NCBI GenBank assembly: GCA_963721455.1
Contig: CAVRJG010000038.1
Location: forward strand, 86,204 to 150,203
Origin: an uncultured Methanosarcinaceae archaeon
Lineage (GTDB): Archaea; Halobacteriota; Methanosarcinia; Methanosarcinales; Methanosarcinaceae
Length of the DNA stretch: 64,000 nucleotides
Reading direction: 5' to 3'
The position numbers were made by a program, and so were the translations under genes. This document shows, one piece after another, positions 1 to 9,516 of the stretch. How positions within the stretch are numbered: position 1 is the stretch's first letter; every line of letters starts with the position of its first letter. The notes below the pieces were generated by a model. It was not told the origin of the DNA, did no database searches, and saw only the letters and a program-made list of their open reading frames with translations.

Positions 1-34
1 ATGAAATCCTTATAGATAATTCCATAGTCGATTC

Positions 35-808
35 TTAAAGCCTTTCCAGTTTTTCCAGCCTTTCCCGGGTTAAAGCAATGGCTTCTTTAACATTCTCATT
101 TTCAGGCTGCTGGGCGAGAAGGTCTTCCTGCATGACGAGTGCTCTTTCAAGGCTCTGTTTTGCAGCCTCATTATTTTCCGGGCCCTGCCGGATGAGGCAG
201 TTTCCTAACTGGCTGAGCGCGACTGAAAGTTCGGCCTGATAGCCTGGGTTATCGGGTTTTTCTTCAAAGAGCTTCCCGTAAATCTCAATTGCTTGCCTGA
301 GGATCTCGCATGCTCCTTCAAAAGAGCCTGTATCCGTAAGCAGGGCGGCGTAGTTGTTCAGGTTTTCGCCGGCATAGGATCGGAAGACTGCATTTTCAGG
401 ATCTTTAGCCAGGAGGTTTACATAGATCTCACGGGCGCGGATATAGTATTCGGCAGCTCTGTGATTTTCTCCTTTCTTTTTAAGAAGGTTTCCAGTATTG
501 CTCAGGGTTGTGCCCATGTAGTGCTGATAATCGGTATTTTCAGGGTCGGTTTTGAGAAGTTCGGCACCAGCATCGAGGGCTTTTTCATAGGTTTCGAGGG
601 CCTCATCGTATTTCGATGCAGAATAAAGGATACCTCCGCGCGTGAAAAGAATGTAATAGAGGGCATCAGTGGACTTTGTTTTATTTGCTGATTTTTCAGC
701 TTTATCTAGAGTTTCAAGAGCCTTATCCAGTTTGCCTTTCTTGATCTGGGTTACGGCACTGTGGATCTGCTTCAGAAGGAGAAGATTTTTGACCTTGCTT
801 CTGGACAT
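35..808 (-). CDS. Tetratricopeptide repeat (TPR) protein
   Basis: 257-aa ORF with repeated helical TPR-like units (ALETYEKALD, AAEYYIRARE, ACEILRQAIE). Confidence 0.85.
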   Translation of the reverse strand: MSRSKVKNLLLLKQIHSAVTQIKKGKLDKALETLDKAEKSANKTKSTDALYYILFTRGGILYSASKYDEALETYEKALDAGAELLKTDPENTDYQHYMGTTLSNTGNLLKKKGENHRAAEYYIRAREIYVNLLAKDPENAVFRSYAGENLNNYAALLTDTGSFEGACEILRQAIEIYGKLFEEKPDNPGYQAELSVALSQLGNCLIRQGPENNEAAKQSLERALVMQEDLLAQQPENENVKEAIALTRERLEKLERL

Positions 809-1260
809 AAGAGGAAAATGCTTCCTGTTTTTTAAATAACTGTCGATGCCGATTTATGATGCCGGGAGAATAATAACTCTGAATTTGCGGACAATGCTTA
901 ATGTATAAATAGAGGAGGTATCATAGGTTAATTGAAACTATCTTAAAGATTGATCTTAAAGATTGATCTGAGCATTGATTTTCGAATCGCTTTTTCGAGC
1001 CAGGTATGCAACTAGCAAATAGTATATAACAAAAGGTTTCTATATACTGTATACACAGTTGTAGGTTAATTTTATATACAGTAAGTTTATATAATTAGCC
1101 GAAGTATGGATGGGGTTACAGTAACCTCCGGAATTTGTTATTGTGACATCCGCTTTTTGCCAATCATTTTATCACTAAGTCTGTTATTTTTTCGAAAACG
1201 TCAAGTATATATATTGATCAGTAACGTCTATTTAATAACGTTCGAATATGTGAGCTAACC

Positions 1261-3414
1261 ATGGTGTATAATAATAAGAACATAGACGAGTCTTCGGGGA
1301 AGGTGGACGAATCCGCTCCAACATTGGGTGAGTCCGTTCAGGACGTAGACAAGTCTGCGGCCGACCAGAGGAAGGATGAGTCGTCTGCGGCCGGGAAGGA
1401 TGAGTCCGGTAGGGGTATAACCGGATCTGAATCCAATCAGGTTACTGAATCCAATCAGATTACTGAATCCAATCAGATTACGGCCGAGTCTCAGTCCGAT
1501 CATGATATGGATGAAGATGTTGACATCGGCTTCCTGTTTGAAAACACTTCTAACATAGATGTACCCAAACTTCTTATAGACCAGGTGCTGGGGCAGGAGC
1601 ATGCCGTAGAAGTCGTAAAAAAAGCGGCTAGCCAGAGACGGCACATTATGATGATAGGGACCCCGGGGACAGGGAAATCCCTGCTTGCAAAAGCGATGGC
1701 TGAGCTTCTTCCTAAAGAAGAACTCAAGGATATCCTTGTATATCCTAATATGGAAGACCTCAACAACCCTAAAATCAGGGAGGTCCCTGCCGGAAAGGGC
1801 AGAGAAATCGTCATGGCTCACAAGATGGAAGCCAGGAAGAAAGCCCAGGCCAGGAATATGCTCATGATGCTTTTTGTATTGGGCATTATAATCTATTCTT
1901 ATTTTGTTGCCCAATTGCTCTGGGGAATTATTGCAGGCATCATGATCCTCATGTTAACCCGCCAGTTCCTTCCTAAAGAGGAAATGATGATCCCGAAAAT
2001 GGCGGTTTCCAATTATGACAAAGAGCACGCACCCTATATCGATGCAACCGGAGCCCATGCAGGAGCCCTGCTTGGTGATGTAAGGCACGACCCGTTCCAG
2101 TCAGGCGGGCTTGAAACCCCTGCTCACGACAGGGTAGAAGCCGGAGATATCCACAAGGCCCATAAAGGTGTGCTCTTTATTGATGAAATCAATACTCTCA
2201 GGCTGGAATCCCAGCAGAGTCTCCTGACTGCGCTCCAGGAAAAGGAATACCCTATTACAGGGCAGTCCGAGAGAAGTTCAGGCGCTCTTGTTAAAACCGA
2301 GCCTGTACCCTGCGACTTCATTATGGTCTCTGCAGGGAACCTGGATGCAGTGCAGAAGATGCACCCTGCGCTCAGGTCAAGAATAAAAGGTTACGGCTAC
2401 GAAGTCTACATGCGGGACTCCATGGAAGACTCTCCTGAAAACCGGAAGAAAATGGTCCGTTTCGTTGCCCAGGAAGTTGTTCGGGACGGGCACATACCTC
2501 ACTTTGACGAAGGCGCAGTAGAAGAAGTAATCCGGGAAGCCAGAAGGCGGGCAGGCAGGAAAGGTCATCTTACTCTAAAGCTCCGTGACCTTGGCGGGCT
2601 TGTCCGTGTGGCAGGAGACATTGCCCATTCCGAAGGCGCTCCAATTACAACTGCAGAACACGTGCTTGCGGCAAAGATGATTGCAAGGTCTATCGAACAG
2701 CAGCTTGCAGACAGTTACCTGGATCAGCGTAAGGAATATGAATCCTTTATGAAAAGTGGTTCCGCTGTGGGCAGGGTTAACGGGCTTGCAGTCATGGGTG
2801 GAGATTCCGGAATTGTACTACCCATAGTGTCCGAAGTCACCCCTGCACTTTCCGGGACCGAAGGGCGCATTATCGCAACAGGTAAGCTTAAGACGATTGC
2901 AAAGGAAGCAGTTCTAAACGTCTCTGCCGTGATTAAGAACATGACCGGTACGGACATATCCAGACATGACGTCCACATCCAGTTTGTAGGGACCTACGAA
3001 GGTGTCGAAGGAGACAGTGCATCAGTTTCCATTGCAACTGCCGTCATATCTGCCATTGAGAGGATTCCTGTGGATCAGACCGTGGCAATGACAGGTTCCC
3101 TCTCTGTCAGGGGAGATGTCTTGCCTGTAGGTGGAGTAACCTACAAGATCGAGGCTGCAGCCAGGGCAGGTATAAGGAAAGTTATCATCCCGAAAGCAAA
3201 CGAGGCAGATGTTCTTATTGAAAAGGCGTACCGGGATAAGATTCAGATTGTTCCGGTTTCTACGATTGCGGAAGTGCTGGAGCATAGTCTTGTGGGGCCC
3301 AGAAAGAACAATATTATCGAAAAACTGAAGAACATTACAAAAATCAGTTTCGATATTCCTGAAGTCTCACCCGCTTCCGTACAGGCTAAAAATCTTTTTG
3401 GGTGCAGGAACTGA
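1261..3414 (+). CDS. lonB: Archaeal ATP-dependent protease LonB (membrane-anchored)
   Basis: Walker A GTPGTGKS, two TM helices inserted in the AAA domain, Walker B LFIDE, catalytic Ser motif EGDSAS, GGVTYK Lys. Confidence 0.95.
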   Translation: MVYNNKNIDESSGKVDESAPTLGESVQDVDKSAADQRKDESSAAGKDESGRGITGSESNQVTESNQITESNQITAESQSDHDMDEDVDIGFLFENTSNIDVPKLLIDQVLGQEHAVEVVKKAASQRRHIMMIGTPGTGKSLLAKAMAELLPKEELKDILVYPNMEDLNNPKIREVPAGKGREIVMAHKMEARKKAQARNMLMMLFVLGIIIYSYFVAQLLWGIIAGIMILMLTRQFLPKEEMMIPKMAVSNYDKEHAPYIDATGAHAGALLGDVRHDPFQSGGLETPAHDRVEAGDIHKAHKGVLFIDEINTLRLESQQSLLTALQEKEYPITGQSERSSGALVKTEPVPCDFIMVSAGNLDAVQKMHPALRSRIKGYGYEVYMRDSMEDSPENRKKMVRFVAQEVVRDGHIPHFDEGAVEEVIREARRRAGRKGHLTLKLRDLGGLVRVAGDIAHSEGAPITTAEHVLAAKMIARSIEQQLADSYLDQRKEYESFMKSGSAVGRVNGLAVMGGDSGIVLPIVSEVTPALSGTEGRIIATGKLKTIAKEAVLNVSAVIKNMTGTDISRHDVHIQFVGTYEGVEGDSASVSIATAVISAIERIPVDQTVAMTGSLSVRGDVLPVGGVTYKIEAAARAGIRKVIIPKANEADVLIEKAYRDKIQIVPVSTIAEVLEHSLVGPRKNNIIEKLKNITKISFDIPEVSPASVQAKNLFGCRN
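1429..1482 (+). repeat. 18-bp tandem repeat x3 encoding ESNQ(V/I)T in the LonB N-terminal acidic extension
   Basis: gaatccaatcaggttact / gaatccaatcagattact / gaatccaatcagattacg. Confidence 0.9.
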
Positions 3415-3416
3415 TT

Positions 3417-4757
3417 ATGACAGGCATTATGCAGCACATTAAATTTTATGACTGCAGGGTGATAGAGGGCAGTTCCACCTCTATTATCCTGGATAACGGA
3501 AAGATTGAAGAAATTTCCAGAAACTTCACGCGGGGGGCCGGCGTAAGGGCTCTCTGTGGGGGTTCCTGGGGCTATACGGCTGTAGAAGGAGATATCAACC
3601 TTAAAAAGGGAGTCGAAGCTGCCTCAAAGCTTGCTTTTTCTATGAACGCTAACACCCCCAAAGAAGCCGTAGAGCTTGCAGCCGTGAATTCTCCGGAGAT
3701 AACGAATCTCCCTGAAATCAGGATCGATCCAAGGGATATTGCTATCGAGGAAAAGGTTGACCTTTTGAAGAGCATAGAAACAAATGCAAAGGTAAAAGGA
3801 GTCAACAGCACCAAAGTAATATATATGGAATCCGAGTTCAAAATCGAATACAGGAGTTCCGATGGCCTGGAATGTGCTTATGAGCTTCTGAACGTCGGTT
3901 TTGCCGTTTCTGCAGTTGCTTCGGAGAACGGTGTATACCAGGCAGGCAGGGAAAGCCGCTTTGGGTATGGGTATGAACTTTTTGAGAAAGAAAATGCTCT
4001 GGAACTTGCAGCCAGGGCAGGAAACACTGCAGTCGAACTTCTTAAAGCGAAAACCCCTAAAGGCGGGGAAATGCCTGTGATTCTTGACCAGGAACTGGCT
4101 GGCGTTTTTGCCCACGAAGCTGTTGGGCACGCATCGGAAGCCGATCTTGTCCTTGAAGGGGACTCCATCCTTGAAAACAGGATAGGAGAACAGATCGCAT
4201 CTCCCCTTATTACGATCATCGACGACCCTACCCTTCACGAGTTCGGGTACTATCCTTTTGATGCGGAAGGGGCACAATCAAGAAGGACCGAGATTATAAG
4301 CGACGGAGTCTTTAATTCCTATCTCCATTCCCGGGAAACTGCAGCCAAACTCGGGGGAACCCCTGGGAACTGCAGGGCTCAGGGCTATTCCATGCCGGTT
4401 GTCAGGATGAGCAATACCTTCATAGACAACGGGGATGCCAGGTTTGAAGAAATGCTTGAGGAGGTCCGGGATGGAATGTATCTCACCGGGTCCAGAGGCG
4501 GACAGGTGAATACCGGGGAAGGGATTTTCCAGTTCAATGCCGAAAAAGGGTACCTGATAAGAAATGGGGAACTCACCGAACTTATAAGGGACGTTTCTCT
4601 CTCTGGAAAAACCCTTGAGATTCTCAACCAGGTAGCTCTGGTGGGCAATGACCTGAAAATGACTGCAGGCAGATGTGGAAAATCCGGGCAGCTTGTGCCC
4701 GTATCAGACGGTTCTCCTCATCTTGCCATCTCAAAAGCCCTTGTGGGAGGTGCCTGA
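3417..4757 (+). CDS. tldD: TldD family metalloprotease
   Basis: HEAVGH zinc motif, RMSNT motif, C-terminal GRCGK Cys ligand; ATG 2 nt after the lonB stop. Confidence 0.9.
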   Translation: MTGIMQHIKFYDCRVIEGSSTSIILDNGKIEEISRNFTRGAGVRALCGGSWGYTAVEGDINLKKGVEAASKLAFSMNANTPKEAVELAAVNSPEITNLPEIRIDPRDIAIEEKVDLLKSIETNAKVKGVNSTKVIYMESEFKIEYRSSDGLECAYELLNVGFAVSAVASENGVYQAGRESRFGYGYELFEKENALELAARAGNTAVELLKAKTPKGGEMPVILDQELAGVFAHEAVGHASEADLVLEGDSILENRIGEQIASPLITIIDDPTLHEFGYYPFDAEGAQSRRTEIISDGVFNSYLHSRETAAKLGGTPGNCRAQGYSMPVVRMSNTFIDNGDARFEEMLEEVRDGMYLTGSRGGQVNTGEGIFQFNAEKGYLIRNGELTELIRDVSLSGKTLEILNQVALVGNDLKMTAGRCGKSGQLVPVSDGSPHLAISKALVGGA

Positions 4758-4759
4758 AG

Positions 4760-6070
4760 ATGTACGATCTTGCAAGAAAAGCTCTCAAGCTGGCAGAAAA
4801 AGCAGGGGCTGAAGAGGCTGAAATTTATTATGCTGCAAATCACTCAACAGGTGTGAATTTTAAAAAGGATGCCCTTGAGAACGCTAAAGATCGCTTCTCG
4901 GAAGGCATAGGAATCCGGGCCATAGTAAATGGAGCAGTTGGTTTTGCCAGTACAAATTCCGCAGCAGAACTTGAAAATGCTGTTGAAGTTGCAGTTGCCG
5001 AAGCGAGGGTCCGGGAAAACGACCCTGACTGGGTGAGTCTACCTTCTAATGGGAAATACCCCAGGGTCTCGGGAATCTTTGATAAAAAAGTAGAAGCTAT
5101 GGAACTCGAAGAGTGTATCGAGTATGCCCTGGCGCTCGTTGAAGGCACAAAAGAGTTTCCAGGCACGCTTCCGACCTCAGGAGGCTTTACCCGGGCAAAA
5201 AGCAGGCAGCTTATCCTGAATACAAACGGGATAGAAATAGAAGAAGAATCCACAGCTGTTTCGGGTTTTGTGGATGTTATTACGGTAAACGGGCATACTT
5301 CAACAGCGTATGATTTTGCTGTTTCCCGTTCTCTTGATATTGACTTCTTTGCTCTGGGCAAAAACGCATCCGATCTTGCCCTGAAGTCCAATGGCGGAAT
5401 AAAGATCGAACCGCAGAAAACTGATGTAATTTTCCATCCTTTTGCTTTTTCGGATATTATTGAAGAAGCCCTTGCCCCTTCCATTGACGCGGACAATGTC
5501 CAGAAGGGAAGGTCAGGCCTGATTGAAAAGCTCGGGGAAGAACTGGCAGTTCCGGAACTGAGCATCTACGATGACGGGCTGATTGAGGCAGGAATCGAGA
5601 CTTCAGTGTCTGACGACGAAGGTGTCCCTTCGCAGCGCACCACTGTGATCGAGAAAGGTTTGCTTAAGACTTACCTGTATGACAGCTATACCGCAGGAAA
5701 AGCAGGCGTAAAGAGCACAGGTAATGGCTCAAGGTCTTCTTATACCAGCCCTCCTTCGGTAGGGCTCAGGAACTTTATTATTGATTATCCGAAGACGGAT
5801 GTTATTGCTGACACGCGGTCCGGAGTTTTCGTAAATACGATTATCGGTGCCCACACAGCAAACTCAATTTCAGGAGATTTTTCCGTAGAAGCCAGAAATG
5901 CTTTCACAATCAAAGACGGAGCTCTTGATAAGCCTGTAAAGTCTCTTATGATTTCGGGCAACGCCTTCGAACTCTTAAAACAAATCACAGGTGCAGGCTT
6001 TGATGTCAGGAAAGTCGGAGGTATAATTACACCTTCGATCCGGGTTTCGGATATGAGCGTAATAGGTTAA
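4760..6070 (+). CDS. tldE: TldE/PmbA family protein
   Basis: TldD-like fold motifs (DDEGVP, GAHTANSISGDFS) without HExxH; directly follows tldD; ATG 4760 preferred over the track start. Confidence 0.88.
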   Translation: MYDLARKALKLAEKAGAEEAEIYYAANHSTGVNFKKDALENAKDRFSEGIGIRAIVNGAVGFASTNSAAELENAVEVAVAEARVRENDPDWVSLPSNGKYPRVSGIFDKKVEAMELEECIEYALALVEGTKEFPGTLPTSGGFTRAKSRQLILNTNGIEIEEESTAVSGFVDVITVNGHTSTAYDFAVSRSLDIDFFALGKNASDLALKSNGGIKIEPQKTDVIFHPFAFSDIIEEALAPSIDADNVQKGRSGLIEKLGEELAVPELSIYDDGLIEAGIETSVSDDEGVPSQRTTVIEKGLLKTYLYDSYTAGKAGVKSTGNGSRSSYTSPPSVGLRNFIIDYPKTDVIADTRSGVFVNTIIGAHTANSISGDFSVEARNAFTIKDGALDKPVKSLMISGNAFELLKQITGAGFDVRKVGGIITPSIRVSDMSVIG

Positions 6071-6166
6071 GGCTCTTAAAGAGCCTCTTCTTTTTTCAAT
6101 AATGATACCGCGTTTTAACAAGAATACTGCGTTTTAACATAATTCAGTTTGCAGAAGAATTTTCAC

Positions 6167-6616
6167 TTATTTCTCGGTTTCGCCTTTTACGACCAGCACC
6201 GGTATTTTCGAATGCCTTACTACATTTTCAGCTACGCTCCCCAATAGGAACCTTTCAAGCCCTGTTTTTCCAAGTGTACCCATGACGATAAGGTCTATAC
6301 CTTCCTGTTCTGAAAACTCCAGAATTTTGTCTGCAGGATGCCCTTCAAGAGTTACAGGTTCTACCTTAACGCCGGCAGTTTTCCCGGCATCTTCAACAAA
6401 AGCAATGGCTTTATCCCCTTCAGCCTGTAGAAATTCTCTCAATGATTTCTCCCACCCAAAGTCTCTGGGAGAATAGCCTGCCGGGACAATTACGTACACA
6501 GCATAGAGTTTTGCTCCACTAAGCTTCGCAAGCTCAATTCCTGTTTCAATTGCTTTTCTGACGGCTTTCGAACCGTCGGTTGAAACCATTATCTTTTCGT
6601 ATTTTTTGCCTTCCAC
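6167..6616 (-). CDS. Universal stress protein
   Basis: KIMVSTDGS and DLIVMGTLGKTGLERFLLGSVAENVVRHS motifs; GTG start. Confidence 0.92.
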   Translation of the reverse strand: MEGKKYEKIMVSTDGSKAVRKAIETGIELAKLSGAKLYAVYVIVPAGYSPRDFGWEKSLREFLQAEGDKAIAFVEDAGKTAGVKVEPVTLEGHPADKILEFSEQEGIDLIVMGTLGKTGLERFLLGSVAENVVRHSKIPVLVVKGETEK

Positions 6617-7214
6617 ACTAAAATCCCCAATTTTTTATATTATACCCTTTACAATTCCAAACCTCTGGAAACTTTCTGTTGTGCAGGCATCTTCTTTATT
6701 TGTCCACACTTGCCGGAAAATGCATTCCATCCCCACGTTAGTATATATAATTATTATATAAATTACTTTTTAGTTAAGTTTTAATTTATTTACTGATTGA
6801 AATCCTTTCAATTTTTACGTATGGAATAGTACCTTGTTTACTATAGTTACATACGGATAAAAAGCTCTTAAAACTCATGTATTTCGGATAATTTTGGCAC
6901 AAAAAGGAATTCGCTTTTTTACTCACCAAAATACTTATATACAGTTTAATCGTCAGAAGGGATTGGTGAACGGATAACGCTCAAAATCAAGTTTTATTGA
7001 CAATAATTATATCCAACATATTTTAACCTCCTCCAAAACCCCCGTTCACTGCTATATTTTTTATATCTTTTTTAAGTTTATACAAGTAATCTTTAGTTAT
7101 TTTATCTCTACGTTTCTTTCCTTTCAAATCCTCTTATCTTAAATTTTCAAAGTGTCTTAAATTTTCAGGGACGTCCTTCTTTCAAGAAAACTTTTCCGGA
7201 AGATTCTCTTGATC

Positions 7215-8159
7215 TTATGAAGCGATGCGTAGCAGTACTAACAAGATTGAGAACCTTACAAAAACGCTTATAGCGGTTGAGTACACGACAATCTGAAGGC
7301 CCAGGTGCGTCCCGAAAATAGCTACTTTTCCTGGAAGCTGGCTGCGAAGTGCAAAAATGGGGAGCATGAACATGCTGCCAAGCATGAGCACGATCATTGC
7401 CTGTACGTTTGTGATCTCCCCTGAATGAATCATTGGACCCAGAAGAGAAATTCCCAGGATAGGGCTTGCTACATAGCTTGTCAGCGGGATAATTGACCCG
7501 GGAGGTATTTTAAAAAGTTCAGCAAGAGGAAGTACACTGAAAATCTCGAAAGCTCCCTTATCCTGAAGAACAAAAATAATGGCGGTTGCAATAAGGTAAA
7601 CCGCTGCAATCTTTAAAAAAGCCCTGAATTCTTTCCTGAAAGCCCTGATAAATGCATTTTTCAGGGATACTTTCTCCATACTTTGAGTTTCAGGAGCCCT
7701 GCAGGAGTTGCCTTTAAGGAACAATTTGCTTGCAACTGCAATTACCAGGATTTTGAACACTGCAGTGGCTACGAATACGAGGGAATAAAAACCCCCTACA
7801 ACAAGGCCAAGTGCAGGCAGGACGATCGGGATCTGGTAGGTAAAAAGTTCCCGGAAATAAGCAGGAGTAGCGTTCATCATTGCACAGAGTAAAACCTCCT
7901 TATCTTCAAGACAATTCTCTTTTTTTGCCTGGAAAAGCATGCTGTTTGCAGCTACAGTAGACCCTATTGACACTATAAAAGCTGAAGCGCATGTATCGGG
8001 CAGGTTAGTATAGGCAAAAATGGGGCTTACGAGCCTGGAAAATTTCTGCATCAGGCCAAGCTCTACAAGCACACTGGTGCCTACAAGCCCCACGAAAATC
8101 GTTATGAGCACAGGAAGCGCAAAATCAAGCGCTCTGATAAAGAGGTTTATCATTGGCAA
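7215..8159 (-). CDS. Multi-pass membrane protein, nucleoside-recognition (Gate) domain family
   Basis: 314 aa with many hydrophobic segments and two internally similar halves; family recognised by resemblance only. Confidence 0.65.
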   Translation of the reverse strand: MPMINLFIRALDFALPVLITIFVGLVGTSVLVELGLMQKFSRLVSPIFAYTNLPDTCASAFIVSIGSTVAANSMLFQAKKENCLEDKEVLLCAMMNATPAYFRELFTYQIPIVLPALGLVVGGFYSLVFVATAVFKILVIAVASKLFLKGNSCRAPETQSMEKVSLKNAFIRAFRKEFRAFLKIAAVYLIATAIIFVLQDKGAFEIFSVLPLAELFKIPPGSIIPLTSYVASPILGISLLGPMIHSGEITNVQAMIVLMLGSMFMLPIFALRSQLPGKVAIFGTHLGLQIVVYSTAISVFVRFSILLVLLRIAS

Positions 8160-8230
8160 TTATTTGTATGGAGAGGTAAATCAATATATCCTGAAAAAGT
8201 CCGTGATTTCTGCCCTGAAAAATTTAATAT

Positions 8231-8698
8231 TCACATCCCTTCTTCGACAGTTTCTCCCCTTACAACAAGCACTGATTTTTTAGAGTGCCTGACCACATTT
8301 TCGGCCACGCTTCCGAGCAGGAATCTATCAATTCCGGTTCTTCCGAGTGTACCCATTACGATGAGGTCAATGCCGTTCTTTTCTGCAAAATCGACAATCT
8401 CACTTGCAGGGCTTCCTTCAAGGAGAACGGATTCTACCTCAACGTTTGCAGCTTTTCCGGCGTTTTCGACATAAGCTGTTGCCTCCTCACCTTCACTCCT
8501 GAAATATTCGAAAGTGGCCTTTTCCCATCCCACATCTTTAGGATAACCTATCGAAAGCCCTCCAGATGCGATCACATAGACGGCATACAGTTTTGCGTCG
8601 CTCATTTTTGCAACTTCAATTGCCGTATCAACTGCTTTTTTGACGAGTTCGGAACCGTCGGTTGCAACCATTATCTTCCTAAAACTACTGCTATTCAT
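8231..8698 (-). CDS. Universal stress protein
   Basis: KIMVATDGS and GTLGRTGIDRFLLGSVAENVVRHS; GGGGAG RBS upstream. Confidence 0.92.
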   Translation of the reverse strand: MNSSSFRKIMVATDGSELVKKAVDTAIEVAKMSDAKLYAVYVIASGGLSIGYPKDVGWEKATFEYFRSEGEEATAYVENAGKAANVEVESVLLEGSPASEIVDFAEKNGIDLIVMGTLGRTGIDRFLLGSVAENVVRHSKKSVLVVRGETVEEGM

Positions 8699-8804
8699 AT
8701 CTGACTCCCCTTTTATGTTCTCTATGTTAATAGGACAACGATCCTTTATATAATCTCATCCAGGAAAATAAAAAACTGACGACGGTCAGGCCTTTTTCCT
8801 GGTT

Positions 8805-8922
8805 TCGCTTCCCGAGTTTCGCCTCCCGAGTTCCGCTTCGGGAGCACGGGGTCCTTCTCGCACGCTCGAGAGGACTAATTTATAAAGTTCCGTTTTTCAG
8901 TGTTTTCCGTACTTTCGTGGTT
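8805..8922. repeat. REP-like palindromic intergenic repeat (related copies at 14694-14728 and 20161-20280)
   Basis: Shares cccgagtt(t/c)cgcttcgggagcacg, ggactaattta and tttttcagt...cgtggtt with the 20161 copy. Confidence 0.75.
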
Positions 8923-8997
8923 ATAGAGTATTGAGTGAATTAGTGTAAATATTCAAGCTCGAAACTATAGTATCAGGGCAGCTTCTGTGGATTTTGT

Positions 8998-9510
8998 TCA
9001 TGAAAACTCTTTAACCTCGGTAAAAATAAGGGCATGCGTTGGGCAGGCCTCGACGCAGGCAGGCAACTCCCTGCCCTGGCAAAGATCGCATTTTATTCCG
9101 GCTTCGGTTTGCCTGCTAATAACCCCACGATTGCAGGCCATAGAAGAGGTCCAGCAGCCTATAACCAGAATTAACTGATATAGAGAAGCAAAACGAGAGC
9201 AGACCATGGAACAGGTCCAGCAGTCTACGCAGCGTTCCGGGTTATGGGTTACAATGCTGGTAATTGAGTCCTGAGAAAGAGCCTTTGTGGGGCAAACCGA
9301 AACACAGGGCGCATTTTCACAGTGGTGGCAGGTGATCGGAATTGAGAATTCAGTGCCGGGAATGTACTCCACAGAGATGCGTCTTTTTGGAGCCGGATTT
9401 TCTCCTAAGGCCGAAAAGAGGTTCTTGCTCTTTGAATGTGCAACTGCACAGGCAATCTCACAGGATCGACAGCCCAGGCAGCGCTCGGGCCGGATCATCA
9501 CGTCTTTCAT
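8998..9510 (-). CDS. cooF: CooF-type 4Fe-4S dicluster electron-transfer protein
   Basis: CLGCRSCEIAC, CHHCENAPCVSVCP, CVDCWTC, KCDLC...PACVEACP; 6 nt downstream of cooS. Confidence 0.88.
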   Translation of the reverse strand: MKDVMIRPERCLGCRSCEIACAVAHSKSKNLFSALGENPAPKRRISVEYIPGTEFSIPITCHHCENAPCVSVCPTKALSQDSITSIVTHNPERCVDCWTCSMVCSRFASLYQLILVIGCWTSSMACNRGVISRQTEAGIKCDLCQGRELPACVEACPTHALIFTEVKEFS

Positions 9511-9516
9511 TGTAAA

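Noticed and set aside
293-691. Antisense and alternative-frame ORFs over real genes (also 1255-1914, 4840-5565, 10036-10984 and many others)
   Set aside because: Shadow ORFs of well-supported genes, with no motifs of their own
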